Below, one piece after another: positions 44,901-56,595 of a DNA stretch of 64,000 nt; position 1 is the first letter of the stretch, and each line of letters begins with the position of its first letter. Source of the DNA: Octopus sinensis (lineage: Eukaryota). The notes under the pieces are model-generated. The model searched no databases. It saw only the letters and a program-made list of their open reading frames with translations, and was not told the DNA's origin. The stretch lies in the NCBI RefSeq assembly GCF_006345805.1, contig NC_043025.1, positions 13,640,001 through 13,704,000 of the forward strand, given 5' to 3'. The position numbers were made by a program, and so were the translations under genes.

Positions 44901-47900
44901 GATGCATCATGTATAGAGGAGTGGTAAGTAGCTTGCTTACCAACCACATGGTTCCGGGTTCAGTCCCATTGCGTGGCACCTTGGGCAAGTGTCTTCTACT
45001 ATAGCCCCGGGCCGACCAAGGCCTTGTGAGTGGATTTGATAGAAGTTAAATGCTTACCAACCACATGGTTCCGGGTTCAGTCCCACTGCGTGGCACCTTG
45101 AGCAAGTGTCTTCTACTATAGCCCCGGGCCGACCAAGGCCTTGTGAGTGGATTTGATAGAAGTTAAATGCTTACCAACCACATGGTTCCGGGTTCAGTCC
45201 CACTGCGTGGCACCTTGAGCAAGTGTCTTCTACTATAGCCCCGGGCCGACCAAGGCCTTGTGAGTGGATTTGATAGAAGTTAAATGCTTACCAACCACAT
45301 GGTTCCGGGTTCAGTCCCACTGCGTGGCACCTTGGACAAGTGTCTTCTACTATAGCCTTGGGCCAACCAAAGCCTTTTGAGTGGATTTGGTAGATGGAAA
45401 CTGAAAAGAAGCCCGTCGTATATATATGCTTGTTCCCCCCCTCGACAACTGATGCTGTAAATCTGGGTTCAAATTCCGCCAAGATTGGCCTTGCCTTATA
45501 TCCTTTGGGGGGGGTCGATGTAATCAACTTAATCCCTTTGTGAGAAATAAGGAGGATCGGTCTTAAACCTTCTGCTGCAGATTACAGGTCTTTTCAACAT
45601 TTAACCAATATTTCTATGAGGATCACCCACAATGGCAGAGGATGGGTTTCACAGATTTTTTTCCCTTCTGAAAGAAAAACAGTAAAAAAGACTCACATGT
45701 CATCCACCAGTTTGTTCTCGATCATGCTGGCGATGTCGTGGCAGTCTTTCTCCAGCGTATTTAATGTGTTTTGGACGGTTAAGTTGATCGTTTTCTCTAT
45801 GTCTTTGCACACTTCTTCTATTTGGTTCACACACCTGTTCGTCTGCAAGTACACAAAATCAATATAAATTAAAAAAAAAAAAAACATCATAGGCGTGGCT
45901 GTGTGGTAAGTAGCTTGCTTACCAACCACATGGTTCCAGATTCAGTCCCACTGCGTGACACCTTGGGCAAGTGTCTTCATTAGAAGACGTATATATCTCG
46001 GGCCGACCAAAGCCTTGTGAGTGGATTTGGTAGACGGAAGGCCGTCGTATGTATGTGTACCCCACCAACATCGCTTGACAACTGATGCGTTTACACCCCA
46101 GTAGCTTAGCGGTTCGGCAAAAGAGACCGACAGAAAAGTCCTGGGGTCGATTTGCTCGACTAAAGGCAGTGCTGAAAGGAATAAAGAGTATCTACTTTTA
46201 TTTCTAAACACAGAGGGGACAGGCAAACGAGGTGCCTGGAACGGTAAGCTACTATAAATCGGCACCGACAACCCATTATATACGCCAGACCAAGTTACCT
46301 CCCTTTACAACAATCCCTGACGGCCATCTTGTTTCTCATGGAACCTGTGAGAAAAGTGAACATGGTTTTTAAAAATTCCCCAGCATGGCCACTACTCACA
46401 CACTGAAAGGATATTCCAAATCCCTCTCGTTTTCGTTTTGACGAAATATATACAAGGCATAATGCTGATATTGAGAGGTGTAGGAAGAAACTCCATAAGA
46501 TGTACCCAGTGTAGGCTATGGACACATAAGAGGTGCAGCAATGTCAAAGGAAGGCTAATTGGGAAGATAGTTTTTGTATGTGGCAGATGCTCAGGAGCAA
46601 TAATCTGCAGAAAACAACTTCCGTCACTTTCCAGGGGGAAAAACTAGAAGTAGTTGATAGCTTCCGTTATCTAGGTGACCAAGTCAGTAGCGGGGGTGGG
46701 TGTGCTGAAAGTGTAACTGCTAGAGTAAGAATAGCCTGGGCAAAGTTCAGAGAGCTCTTACCTCTGCTGGTGACAAAAGGCAGACTGTATGAAGCATGTG
46801 TACGAACAGCCATGACTGCTGAGGATATGTGTAAGCTCGCAAGAAATGAAGCCAGTATGCTCCGATGGATGTGTAATGTCAGTGTTCATAATCGACAGAG
46901 TGTAAGTACCGTGAGAGAAAAGCATCAGTTGTGGTGTGCAAGAGAGACGTTTGCGCTGGTATGGTCATGTGACGAGAACGGCTGAAGATAGTTGTGTGAA
47001 AAAGTGCCACACCCTAGTGGAAGAGGCAGACCCAGGAATACATGGGACGAGGTGGTGAAGCACGACCTTCAAGTCTCACTGAGGAAATGACTAGAGACCG
47101 AGACCTCTGGAAGTATGTTGTGCGCAAGAAGACCCGGCAGGACAAGTGAGACCATAACCCGTGGCCTTCTGCATGGGATGGAGCCAGCCTACTTATGCAT
47201 ACCTTCCCTTCTTGGGACACAAGACTCTACTTGTGAAGACCTGTCGAGGCAAGTGAGAATCAGAATCGATCAATGGAAATTGCAGCCGAGTTACCAGTGC
47301 CGGTAAGAGAACCATCTGTTCGTGACCGTTGCCAGCACTGCCCCGTGCCACCGGCACGTAAAAAGCACTCACGGAGTGGTTGGCGTAAGGTAGGGCATCC
47401 AGCTGTAGAAACACTGCCAGATCAGACTGGGCCTGGTGCAGCCTTTTGGCTTCACAGACCCCAGTTGAACTGTCCAACCCATGCTAGCATAGAAAGCGGA
47501 CGCTAAACGATGATGAGACCCAAAGGTGTCAGGTAATGCTGAATAAGTGCCATAAACAGACCATAGTTAAGTTCCAGATTCAGTGATTTTGCGAATAAAG
47601 GGTTCTATGTCTTGCGAGTGTATATAAGAATTTTTTGCATAATAAGATAACAAACCAAGGCTCTGTAGATATTACAGCATTTATAGATAGAAGATGCTTC
47701 ATACAGCCTTGGCTTTTTATCCTATTACGCAAAGAATTCTTATATATACATCTATGGTTGCAAGTATGACTGCCACAAAGTTATTGGCTCAATCCCACAG
47801 AGAATACATCAGATGGTCATAGCTAGAGCCTCTTTGATCATAGGTCAGCTTCATTGAGGATGACATGGGGGTTAAACAACAAATAGAAAGGAGTACTTAC

Positions 47901-50674
47901 TCGTGCACACAAGGATGGTACAAAAATGGTTGGCATATCGAAGCCAGTTCTGTTCAAGCCTGGTCTTTTACATAATTCTTGGACAATTTGCATCATGACT
48001 CGCTGAAAGATAATGGAAATATACTTACATATGGCTGGACATTCATTGATAATGATATAAATACATACAAACAGGATTTATGTAAGGAATAAATAACACC
48101 AAATATATAGTGCGTGGGTTTTTATTGCCGAAATATGTGTTTCAACACATGACTTCACATAAAAAAATCTTGCACACCAACTTCTACCACGTTCCAGGGA
48201 GAAAAACTAGAAGTAGTTGATAGCTTCCGCTACCTAGGTGACCAAGTCAGTAGCGGGGATGGGTGTGCTGAAAGTGTAACTGCTAGAATAAGAATAGCTT
48301 GGGCAAAGTTCAGAGAGCTCTCACCCCTGCTGGTGACAAAAGGCCTCTCGCTCAGAGTAAAAGGCAGACTGTATGATGCATGTGTACGAACAGCCATGCT
48401 ACATGGGCTGTGACTGCTGAGGATATGCGTAAGCTCGCAAGAAATGAAGCCAGTATGCTCCGATGGATGTGTAATGTCAGTGTTCATAATCGACAGAGTG
48501 TAAGTACCTTGAGAGAAAAGTTGGACCTAAGAAGCATCAGTTGTGGTGTGCAAGAGAGATGTCTGCGCTGGTATGGGCATGTGAAGATAGTTGTGTGCCA
48601 CACTCTAGCAGTTGAGGGAACCTGTGGAAGAGGTAGACCCAGGAAAACCTGGGACGAGGTGGTGAAGCACAACCTTCGAACTTTACGTCTCACCAAGGAA
48701 ATGACTAGAGACCGAGACCTATGGAAGTATGCTGTGCGTGAGAAGACCCAGCAAAATCAAACCAAACCATATCAGAAAGCAGAACCAAAATTGAGGCCGA
48801 TCAACATCAGTGGAAATTGCAGCTGTGGTTAAGCGAACCATCCGCTCGTGTCCGTTGCCAGCCTCTCCTGGCCCCCGTGCCGTTTGCCAGCTCTGTCTGG
48901 CACGTAAAAAGCACTCACGGAGTGGTTGGCGTTAGGAAGGGCATCCAGCCGTAGAAACACTGACTGGGCCTGATGAAGCCTTCCAGCTCCCCAGACCCCA
49001 GTTGAACCGTCGAACCCATGCTAGCATGGAAAACGGATGCTAAATGATGATGAATGAGACAAACACATATATATGTAGTGGCTTCATTTGGGCATAGAGT
49101 AGATTCGAACCTGAATTGGCAAATTTCCACGTAAAGAGCACCATCGTTACCTCGCTGGCACGTGAGCGAGGTCATTGCTAGTGCTGCACACACATATGTG
49201 TATATACAAACAAATGTATGTATAAATACAGAAGAAACAGTAATGAGTGCAGTTGCAATGAACACTTGACCTTTCTAACCTATTTTATGCAGTGGAGAGG
49301 TGAATTGAGATAATAGTCCACCTTCTATGAAATCTATTGTTCTCTGCAAAGTACCTATTTTTCGAACTAGTTTTGTACAGTTATAAATAGGCACAGGAGT
49401 GTGGTAAGTAGCTTGCTTACCAACCACATGGATCCGTGGCACATGTCTTCTACTATATAGCCTTGTGAGTGGATTCGGTAGACGGAAAATGAAAGAAGCC
49501 TGTTGTGTATATATACACACACAGGATTGTGGAGGCCAAGTGTTGAGGTGATGATAGTTTATTATTGTGGTGGTGGTAGAGCAGTGGTTACAGTCTATCA
49601 GGATGACAATGTGTAGTTGTGGTGGTAGCACACGGTGTCCCCCCTCACACCCATCAACTCACCTGTCGGTCATTCTCGTGTCCGGACTCGTCAGCCTTGG
49701 TCAAGTAGAATCGCATCCGGTCAGCCTGTTTCTCACTCAGCTTCTCGACAATGTTCAATGTCCGTTTACACAACGCTTGACCGATGGGGTCGAAGAACAC
49801 AAAGATGAGGTCAGCCAGGTCACCTGTTAATCAGAGTTAACGATCAAGCAAATTAGTGTTAATTAGGCTCCACTGTATGTGTGTTAGTTAGTTAATTTTT
49901 TGGCTCAAAAAGCAAGGCCATGGAGGAGTTCAGGCCATTTCTGGTCAAGGGAGACTTTGAACCGAGCGGTCGTTGGCATCTTTACCATCTCGTCCGGCAG
50001 CTTATTCCACGGATCCGCAACCCGGACGGAGAAAGCCCCTCTCCTTTGATTGAGATGAAATCGTCGCAGATAGAGCTTTTCGGAATGACCCCCGCAGCAG
50101 GAGTGAAGAACAGCTCTTTCGAGAGGTTACACTTTCCGCTTGTGTATGCGCACACACACGTGTATATATATATACAAACAAATGTATGTATAAATAGGCG
50201 TAGGAGTGGTAAGTAGCTTGCTTACAAACCACATGGTTTCAGGTTCAGTTCCTCTGCGTGACACCTTGGGCAAGTGTCTTCTACTATAGCCTCAGGCTGA
50301 CCAAAGCCTTGTGAGCGGATTTGGTAGACGGAAACTGAAAGAAGCTGGTGTTAGGAACATAAACTGTGACTAAGGTTTGGTGAAAGATTTTAATTCAAAA
50401 CAAGACATTTGTACTACAGAATCAGAGGTGGTATCAAAAGGTTCAAGATGACCAGATGGTCTTCATCACTTCAAAAGATAAGCATACAAGGAGGGCAGGG
50501 TTCAAATCACAGTAAAGGTATGTGGTTACTTACCAAGCCAGAGAATAGCCTTGTTGACATCAAACGGATACTTCATGTCCCCATCAACGAGGCCAGGGGA
50601 GTCAATGAATGTGACCAGTGGGAACTTCTTCTGCTTCGATGTCGACACCTCAGTGGTAAGGTAGTCAGTGACTC
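41885..50674 (-). CDS. Uncharacterised EHD/dynamin-like P-loop NTPase with two C-terminal hydrophobic helices; 5'-partial, 8 exons (complement join 50674-50534, 49823-49663, 48002-47901, 45842-45697, 44814-44655, 44147-44035, 43542-43461, 41938-41885)
   Basis: All junctions are AG/GT with matching phases; 959 nt gives about 318 aa. Motifs: FIDSPG (G3 DxxG), LIFVFFDP, LTKADE (G4 TKxD). From memory it resembles the conserved uncharacterised family containing zebrafish si:dkey-98f17.5; this needs BLAST confirmation. Confidence 0.9.
42212..42935. repeat. 724-bp near-perfect palindrome (~352-bp arms, 19-nt loop)
   Basis: 42212-42563 is the reverse complement of 42583-42935 with only a few substitutions and indels. 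Confidence 0.97.
43461..43542 (-). CDS. NTPase penultimate exon
   Basis: ttccag|G...AAG|gtaagc; KRTCLSRKQKYVLQEYQDFVKSSVKKK. Confidence 0.85.
44035..44147 (-). CDS. NTPase exon, hydrophobic helix 2
   Basis: tttttgcag|ATT...AG|gtagg; IPLRTFWNIFTEDFRFYISIGTIVLSLLFLITARFSF; phases 0 and 2 bridge the flanking exons exactly. Confidence 0.85.
44655..44814 (-). CDS. NTPase exon, hydrophobic helix 1
   Basis: ttacag|A...ACT|gtgagt; NSRKYNRKAIFHQIILVLFSFALPMFLLLMSNLSEPLFSLAGSSLKETLISYT. Confidence 0.85.
44935..45400 (+). repeat. 117-bp tandem amplification (x4) of a SINE head segment
   Basis: gcttaccaaccacatgg at 44935, 45052, 45169, 45286. Confidence 0.93.
45697..45842 (-). CDS. NTPase exon, helical segment
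   Basis: ttgcag|ACG...AT|gtgagt; TNRCVNQIEEVCKDIEKTINLTVQNTLNTLEKDCHDIASMIENKLVDD. Confidence 0.92.
46430..47515 (+). mobile_element. 5'-truncated, frameshifted RTE-clade LINE with 3' UTR and (GAT)n tail
   Basis: CTQCRLWTHKRC...CGRC; LEVVDSFRYLGDQVSSGGGC...RVRIAWAKFRELLPLL; MLRWMC. Confidence 0.9.
47901..48002 (-). CDS. NTPase exon
   Basis: tttcag|CGA...CGA|gtaagt; RVMMQIVQELCKRPGLNRTGFDMPTIFVPSLCAR. Confidence 0.92.
48196..49053 (+). mobile_element. Second truncated RTE LINE copy (shorter 3' fragments at ~61255-61770 and ~62330-62672)
   Basis: EASMLRWMCNVS...LRWYGHV...GRGRPRKTW. Confidence 0.9.
49663..49823 (-). CDS. NTPase exon with G4 motif
   Basis: taacag|GT...CAG|gtgagt; GDLADLIFVFFDPIGQALCKRTLNIVEKLSEKQADRMRFYLTKADESGHENDRQ. 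Confidence 0.93.
50534..50674 (-). CDS. NTPase exon with G3 motif
   Basis: tatcag|GA...G|gtaagt; GVTDYLTTEVSTSKQKKFPLVTFIDSPGLVDGDMKYPFDVNKAILWL. Confidence 0.93.
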
Positions 50675-53600
50675 CTGATAATAGAGAGAGCACGGGTTCA
50701 AATAATGCCAACAGCACATAGAGGTGGGGACCACTTCAGGGAGATTGATGAGCCAATGAGGTAAGCACTGTAGAGATGTGAGGGTGTTATTACGACAATG
50801 AGGGAGATGGGGTTTCTGTGGTTGTTAACCCTTATTTCTTTATTACCCACAAGGGGCTAAATGCAGAGAGGACAGACAAATGGATTAAGTCGACTATATC
50901 AACCACAGTGCATAATTGGTATTTATTGAATCGACCCCAAAAGGATGAAAGGCAAAGTTAACCTCAGACGAAATACTGCTAAGCATTCGACTAAAGGCGG
51001 AGCTCCAGCATGGCCACAGTCAAATGACTGAAACAAATAAAAGAATGTACATATATATACACACATATAATTAAATAAGTACAGAGGTCGATTCATTCAG
51101 GTAAAAATTCTTGGAGGTGCACCAGCATGGCCACAGTCTGACTGAAACAAATACAAAAAGGGGCGGGGAAGCAAAAAACCCCACTCAAGTAGATATATGT
51201 CATGGAAATGCAGTAGAAGGCACCACCCTACCTATACACTGTAGTATCTCAAGATGAAGCGCGCACACACACATATATATATATACCAATACACATTGCC
51301 CTATATACATAGAGTCTATTACCTATTAATTTCTGTCTTATTCAAACATCAACACTTAAACAAACCTAGGAATACATCCAACTGTTTGACTGTCTGCCTT
51401 CATCTTTCTAGCTTATGTTTGTCTACCTACCTATCTATCTTACTTCTTTATTGCCCACAAGGGGCTAAACAAGGATAGACAAACGTATTACTGCCGGCAT
51501 CAGTTGTTAGAGCACTGCATCCTTCCATGCTTCCTGAGATTCGCCAACACTACACCTGATTTTCTCCCCTCCATACACACACAAGCATGTTCACTTTCCA
51601 GACATTTCTACATTACTGCATGTACTTTATATGCACTTTCTGACAAGTTGTGGTGCACCTGAGCACTGTATACAATAATTTCATTATTATTATATTTTAT
51701 TAAGTCAATTACATCAACCCCAGTGCATGACTGGTGCTTAATTTGTCGACCTCGGCGGAATTTGAACTCAGAAAGCAGACTAAATGCCACAAAGCATTTT
51801 GCCCGGCATGCTAACATTTCTGCCAGCGTACTGCCTTCATCTATGTGTGCATGTATGTATATGAGAGAGATTCTCACATGTATACACAGTCCTCACCCAT
51901 CATATATAGCACACTTTATATATTTATACACACATTCTTTTACTTGTTTGACTGAGGTCATGCTGGGGCACCGCCTTGAAGAACTTTTAGTTGAGATATA
52001 TTTAGATATGTGTGTGTGTATACATACACATTCAATCCTCATAAATTGTACACCACATATATGTGTGTATTTTACTCTCTCTTTTACTTGTTTCAGTCAT
52101 TTGACTGCGGCCATGCTGGAGCACCGCCTTTAATCGAGCAACTCGACCCCGGGACTTATTCTTTTGTAAGCCCAGTACTTATTCTATCGGTCTCTTTTGC
52201 CGAACCGCTAAGTAACGGGGACATAAACACACCAGCATCGGTTGTCAAGCAATGCTAGGGGGACAAACACAGACACACAAACATACACACGCATATATAT
52301 ATATATTTACATATATACAACAGGCTTCTTTCAGTTTCCGTCTACCAAATCCACTCACAAGGCATTGGTCGGCCCGGGGCTATAGCAAAAGACACTTGCC
52401 CAAGATGCCACGCAGTGGGACTGAACCCAGAACCATGTGGTTGGGAAGCAAGCTACTTTACCACACAGCCACTCCTGCGCCTATAAATAACTATGCACGC
52501 ACGCACACAGTCCTCATCAATACCAGAACATGTTCCATCCCGTCCTCTCTCTCTCCCTCCAAACACACATACAGAGTGCTTCTCAATAGTACACCATATG
52601 TTGTGCCAATTAGTCAACATAAAGTGGTGGCGGTGGAAGATGAAGCGAGAGGGGAGGCAGTAGCCGTATGGAAACAGTGAGGTGGTAGGAGGTGTGACCT
52701 ACATAATCACTCCTCCCACTCACACAGCTGACATTCCAACACCCAGATACTTAACCAATGACGGGGTCCTCTATGTGGTCGTTTGGTTTGCTGGAAATAA
52801 CAGCTAAAGAACTCTCGGGTCACAGCTTGCTGCTAGAAACAAGGCCAGAGTCCACAGGATAATGTAGTGGTTGATATATATGGCAGGTTGGTCATTTCTA
52901 TCACAGGTTTTGTATAGGAGGAATGACCTAGGGCTAAATAGCAATGCCTAGAGATAGCATTTTTCTACATGCACAGAGACACACATGTATATGTGGCAAG
53001 AAGTTTGCTTCTCAACCACATGGTTCTGGGTTCAATCTCACTGTATAGCACCTTGGGCAAGTGTCTTCTACTATAGCCTCAGGCCAACCAAAGCCTTGTG
53101 AGTGGATGAAAACTGAAAGAAGCCCGTCGTGTGTATATTTGTCTGCCTCTGCCACCACTGATGCTGGTGTGTTTACATCCCCGTAACTTAGCGGTTCAGC
53201 AAAAGTACCAGGCTCACAAAGAACAAGCCCTGAGGTTGATTTGTTCAACTAAAACCCCTTTATGGTGGTGCTCCAGCATGGCCTCGGTCAAATGACCGAA
53301 ACACAAAAAAGAATACATATGTGCGCACACACAGAGAAATACTCTCACTCACATGCTATCCTTAAATTTGGCACATTAAAAAGGCCCTCTTGTCCCCCCA
53401 CACACACATACCGCGATTATAATATGATGCCGTGTAGTCACATTCTAGAAATTTCTGTTCCTGCCATTTGATACTTCACCAATTTGGAACTAAGGACATG
53501 TGATACGAGAGGTTTAAATCCAGCTTTGAATACAATTAGTTTAAAACACACACACGGACATACAAAACCTGCGAAATTCACTTTTTGTTTATTTTTAGAG

Positions 53601-53955
53601 GTGTCGACATTTCTGCAATCTGGTCTCTGACACAGATCCAAAGAATCCTGGTGGAAATGGTGACACATCATGAAATGAACAAGAAGCGTCAACAACCAAT
53701 TCCGTCGTGCAACAGTGGGTGCTTCTGCGATGGCACCGTTTTGGTTTCCACAGCACAATCTCGGAACAAACCATCTTGAACCGTTTTCGAAACACACACA
53801 CAAAGCCTGCTGAATTTGCTTATCATTTAATTCCAGGGAGTGCCAACATTCCTGCCAGCTGGTCTCTGATACAGTTCCAGAGAATCACAGCAAAAATGTC
53901 GACACATTTAGAAACACACAGGAAGTGACGACCAATTCCATTAGATAGATATATG

Positions 53956-54024
53956 GGTTTAAGAGACAGAAACTCCCTCAAGCAACTCATTGCACTGCTT
54001 GAGGGGGAATCTGTCTCTTAAACC
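53956..54024. mobile_element. 69-bp minimal TIR-only MITE
   Basis: ggtttaagagacaga...ctcaagca / tgcttgag...tctgtctcttaaacc; same TIR as 58137-58452. Confidence 0.7.
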
Positions 54025-54398
54025 TATCAATATATATTCTCTTTTACTTGTGTCAGTCATGTGACTGTGGCCATGATGGAGCACCGCCTTTAGTCGAGCA
54101 AATCGACCCCAGGACTTATTCTATCAGTCTCTTTTGCTGAACCGCTAACATACGGGGACGTAAACACACCAGCATCAGTTGGTGGGGGGAAACACACACA
54201 TTATATAGAATGTACAAGTGTGTATATACACACAGACAGAAAACAATATATATAATTTGGGTTCAAGTAAATATGTATACAACACACAGAGATTGCAAAA
54301 GATAATATATTATGTATAAAAGTATACACATACAGATATATATATATACACACTCATATATATATATAAGACAAGGTAGAAAATGCTAAAATAATTTT

Positions 54399-54620
54399 AT
54401 ATATATTAGAAGAAATATGGTCCTCAGAAATCTGGATGGTTTTATATTTACAGATTTTTATTAGTATGTCACATGTTCTTATAAATCATATATTAGCACT
54501 TGCATCAAATCTGAAGAGTCTGCTAGAGTAGATGCAAGCACTAATATATGATTTTTAAAAACCTGTAAATGTAAAACCATCCAGATTTCTGAATACCTTA
54601 TATCTTCTAATGTATATATA
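54399..54620. repeat. Imperfect foldback with ~90-100-bp arms and a 24-nt loop
   Basis: cagaaatctggatggtttt / aaaaccatccagatttctg and atcatatattag..ttgcatc / gatgcaa..ctaatatatgat. Confidence 0.8.
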
Positions 54621-56269
54621 CACACATATATATATATGTGGATGTTAGGCAATGAGCACAAGATGTGAGGGAGGATGCTGAGAAAGAGTGCTGCTGTTTC
54701 GGACATGTGTCCTTCATCAGAAAAAAATAAAAGAAATGAGAAAAGTGGTTGATAAACACACACAACTACAGGTGAGCATGATACAGGTTGCAAATCAAAT
54801 CCACAAGTGTTTATTTTAAGAGCAAGATTAAATACACATACGAAATGAAGGAAGAAGATAGATAGGTTCCAAATCGAGCTGCTGCTGCCTTTGTCAATTA
54901 TTAACATTGCGGAATTCCTGAAGTAGATCCAGTGAAAATATACTCCAGCCATGGATGACACCAGATAGCCTAAAACTGCGAACAGGCTTTACTTAACACT
55001 CTAACTGAACCGATACACACACACACATACAGACAGACATTGTGTAAACACTACAATTAGAGAAAAATGTAAAAAAGGGAGAACTTCTGACCCCAACCCT
55101 CCACTCCAGTCATGACAACTCTGTTGAATGATGATGACGTCCCTGTTGCGATGAAGAACCTTCTACAGCCCTTCATTTGGCAGCTCTCAAACAACAGAGA
55201 AAGCTGACCAGAGGAAGAACTACATCAAGCTATCAGGTTCCGTCCTTGTGCGCTCCACTGAGGGCCCCATTCCCATGGTGTGGAGGAGGGTGACAGACTG
55301 CCATGTCCTCCACCATGTAGACACAGCACAGCTGGTTCATTACTGTCCCCCAATCCATTGGCACTACCCCCCCCCCTCGGGCCCCAACTCACAAAGTACA
55401 TATGGAAATACTATCACTCTCTTGTGCCCCCCCCCAATCTTTACACAGTTATGATATTGTTCCACTGGACTCCTCAGTCAGTGCGTTCCCCCCTCCACAG
55501 AAGACAGACACTAACACCCTTTGTGAGACAGAGCCCCAAATACAGGGGTCTGCAGAAAGTGAGGTGTGACACCCTTTAACAGATAACAAAAAAGTTTGTA
55601 TTAAAGAAATCTCAATATTACCCAGGGAGTCTTGGAAGACACTGTTTTTGATTGTGAATGCCTGTACATTGCTTTTGATAGTCAACACTTTATACTTCTG
55701 GTAGCAGAGAAACCCTGGCCCTCACCGCATGCAAAATCATTATCAAACACCAAGACACGACAATAACATCTTAGAAACACCATCTCTTCTTCATAGTTCA
55801 GGCCAGCAGACACAGAACTATTTACAACATCAATAGCCTCAACAGGCTCAGACACTGTGCTGTAGGGGAATGTAATATCCCTAACAGCAGTAAGTACAGA
55901 AGAAAAGCAATTTAACCGTCACCACCAGAATTTGCAAGCACACAGGACTGCAGAGGGAATACGACATGTTCTGGTTGTTATCCTATACAAGTCATCAATG
56001 CCTGTTGAAGTGTGTAGAATGGTTTCTTAGCTAAGTAGAGATGTATCTTAAATAATAAATGTGTGGGGCATGCTATGGGTCTGCTAGATCAAGGGTCCCC
56101 TAGGCCCACACAATAACGGCAAATAAGCAGGTAACAGAATCAGTGCAGTATGTCTCTGCTGCAACAGATGCACAAAGATCAATGACATAGTGGACAACAG
56201 CAGACTGAGCACAATACATGCAGAGTGTCATACTGTAGTACATAGAATTAGCCATTGTAAGTCAGAGTG

Positions 56270-56595
56270 GTGAGGGCGCGTGGCTTAGTGGTTAGGGCAT
56301 TCGGCTCATGATCGTAAGGCTGTGAGTTTGATTCCTGGTGACGCATTGTGTCCTTGAGTAAGACACTTTATTTCACGTTGCTCCAGTCCACTCAGCTGGC
56401 AAAAATGAGTTGTACTTGTATTTCAAAGGGTCAGCCTTGTCACTCTCTGTGTCACGCTGATTATCCCCGAGAACTACGTTAAGGGTACACGTGTCTGTGG
56501 AATGCTCAGCCACTTACACGTTAATTTCACGAGCAGGCTGTTCCGTTGATCGTATCTACTGGGACCCTCGTCGTCGTAACCGGCGGAGTCTTTTA
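56270..56595 (+). mobile_element. Full-length CORE-type tRNA SINE with an 11-bp TSD
   Basis: aagtcagagtg at 56259-56269 and 56596-56606; tggcttagtgg A-box-like motif; gtgtccttgagtaagacac core. Confidence 0.88.

Noticed and set aside
53438-53928. ORFs as missing NTPase exons or a small gene
   Set aside because: No P-loop or family motifs; the region is a diverged two-copy local duplication (about 53600-53705 and 53840-53940).
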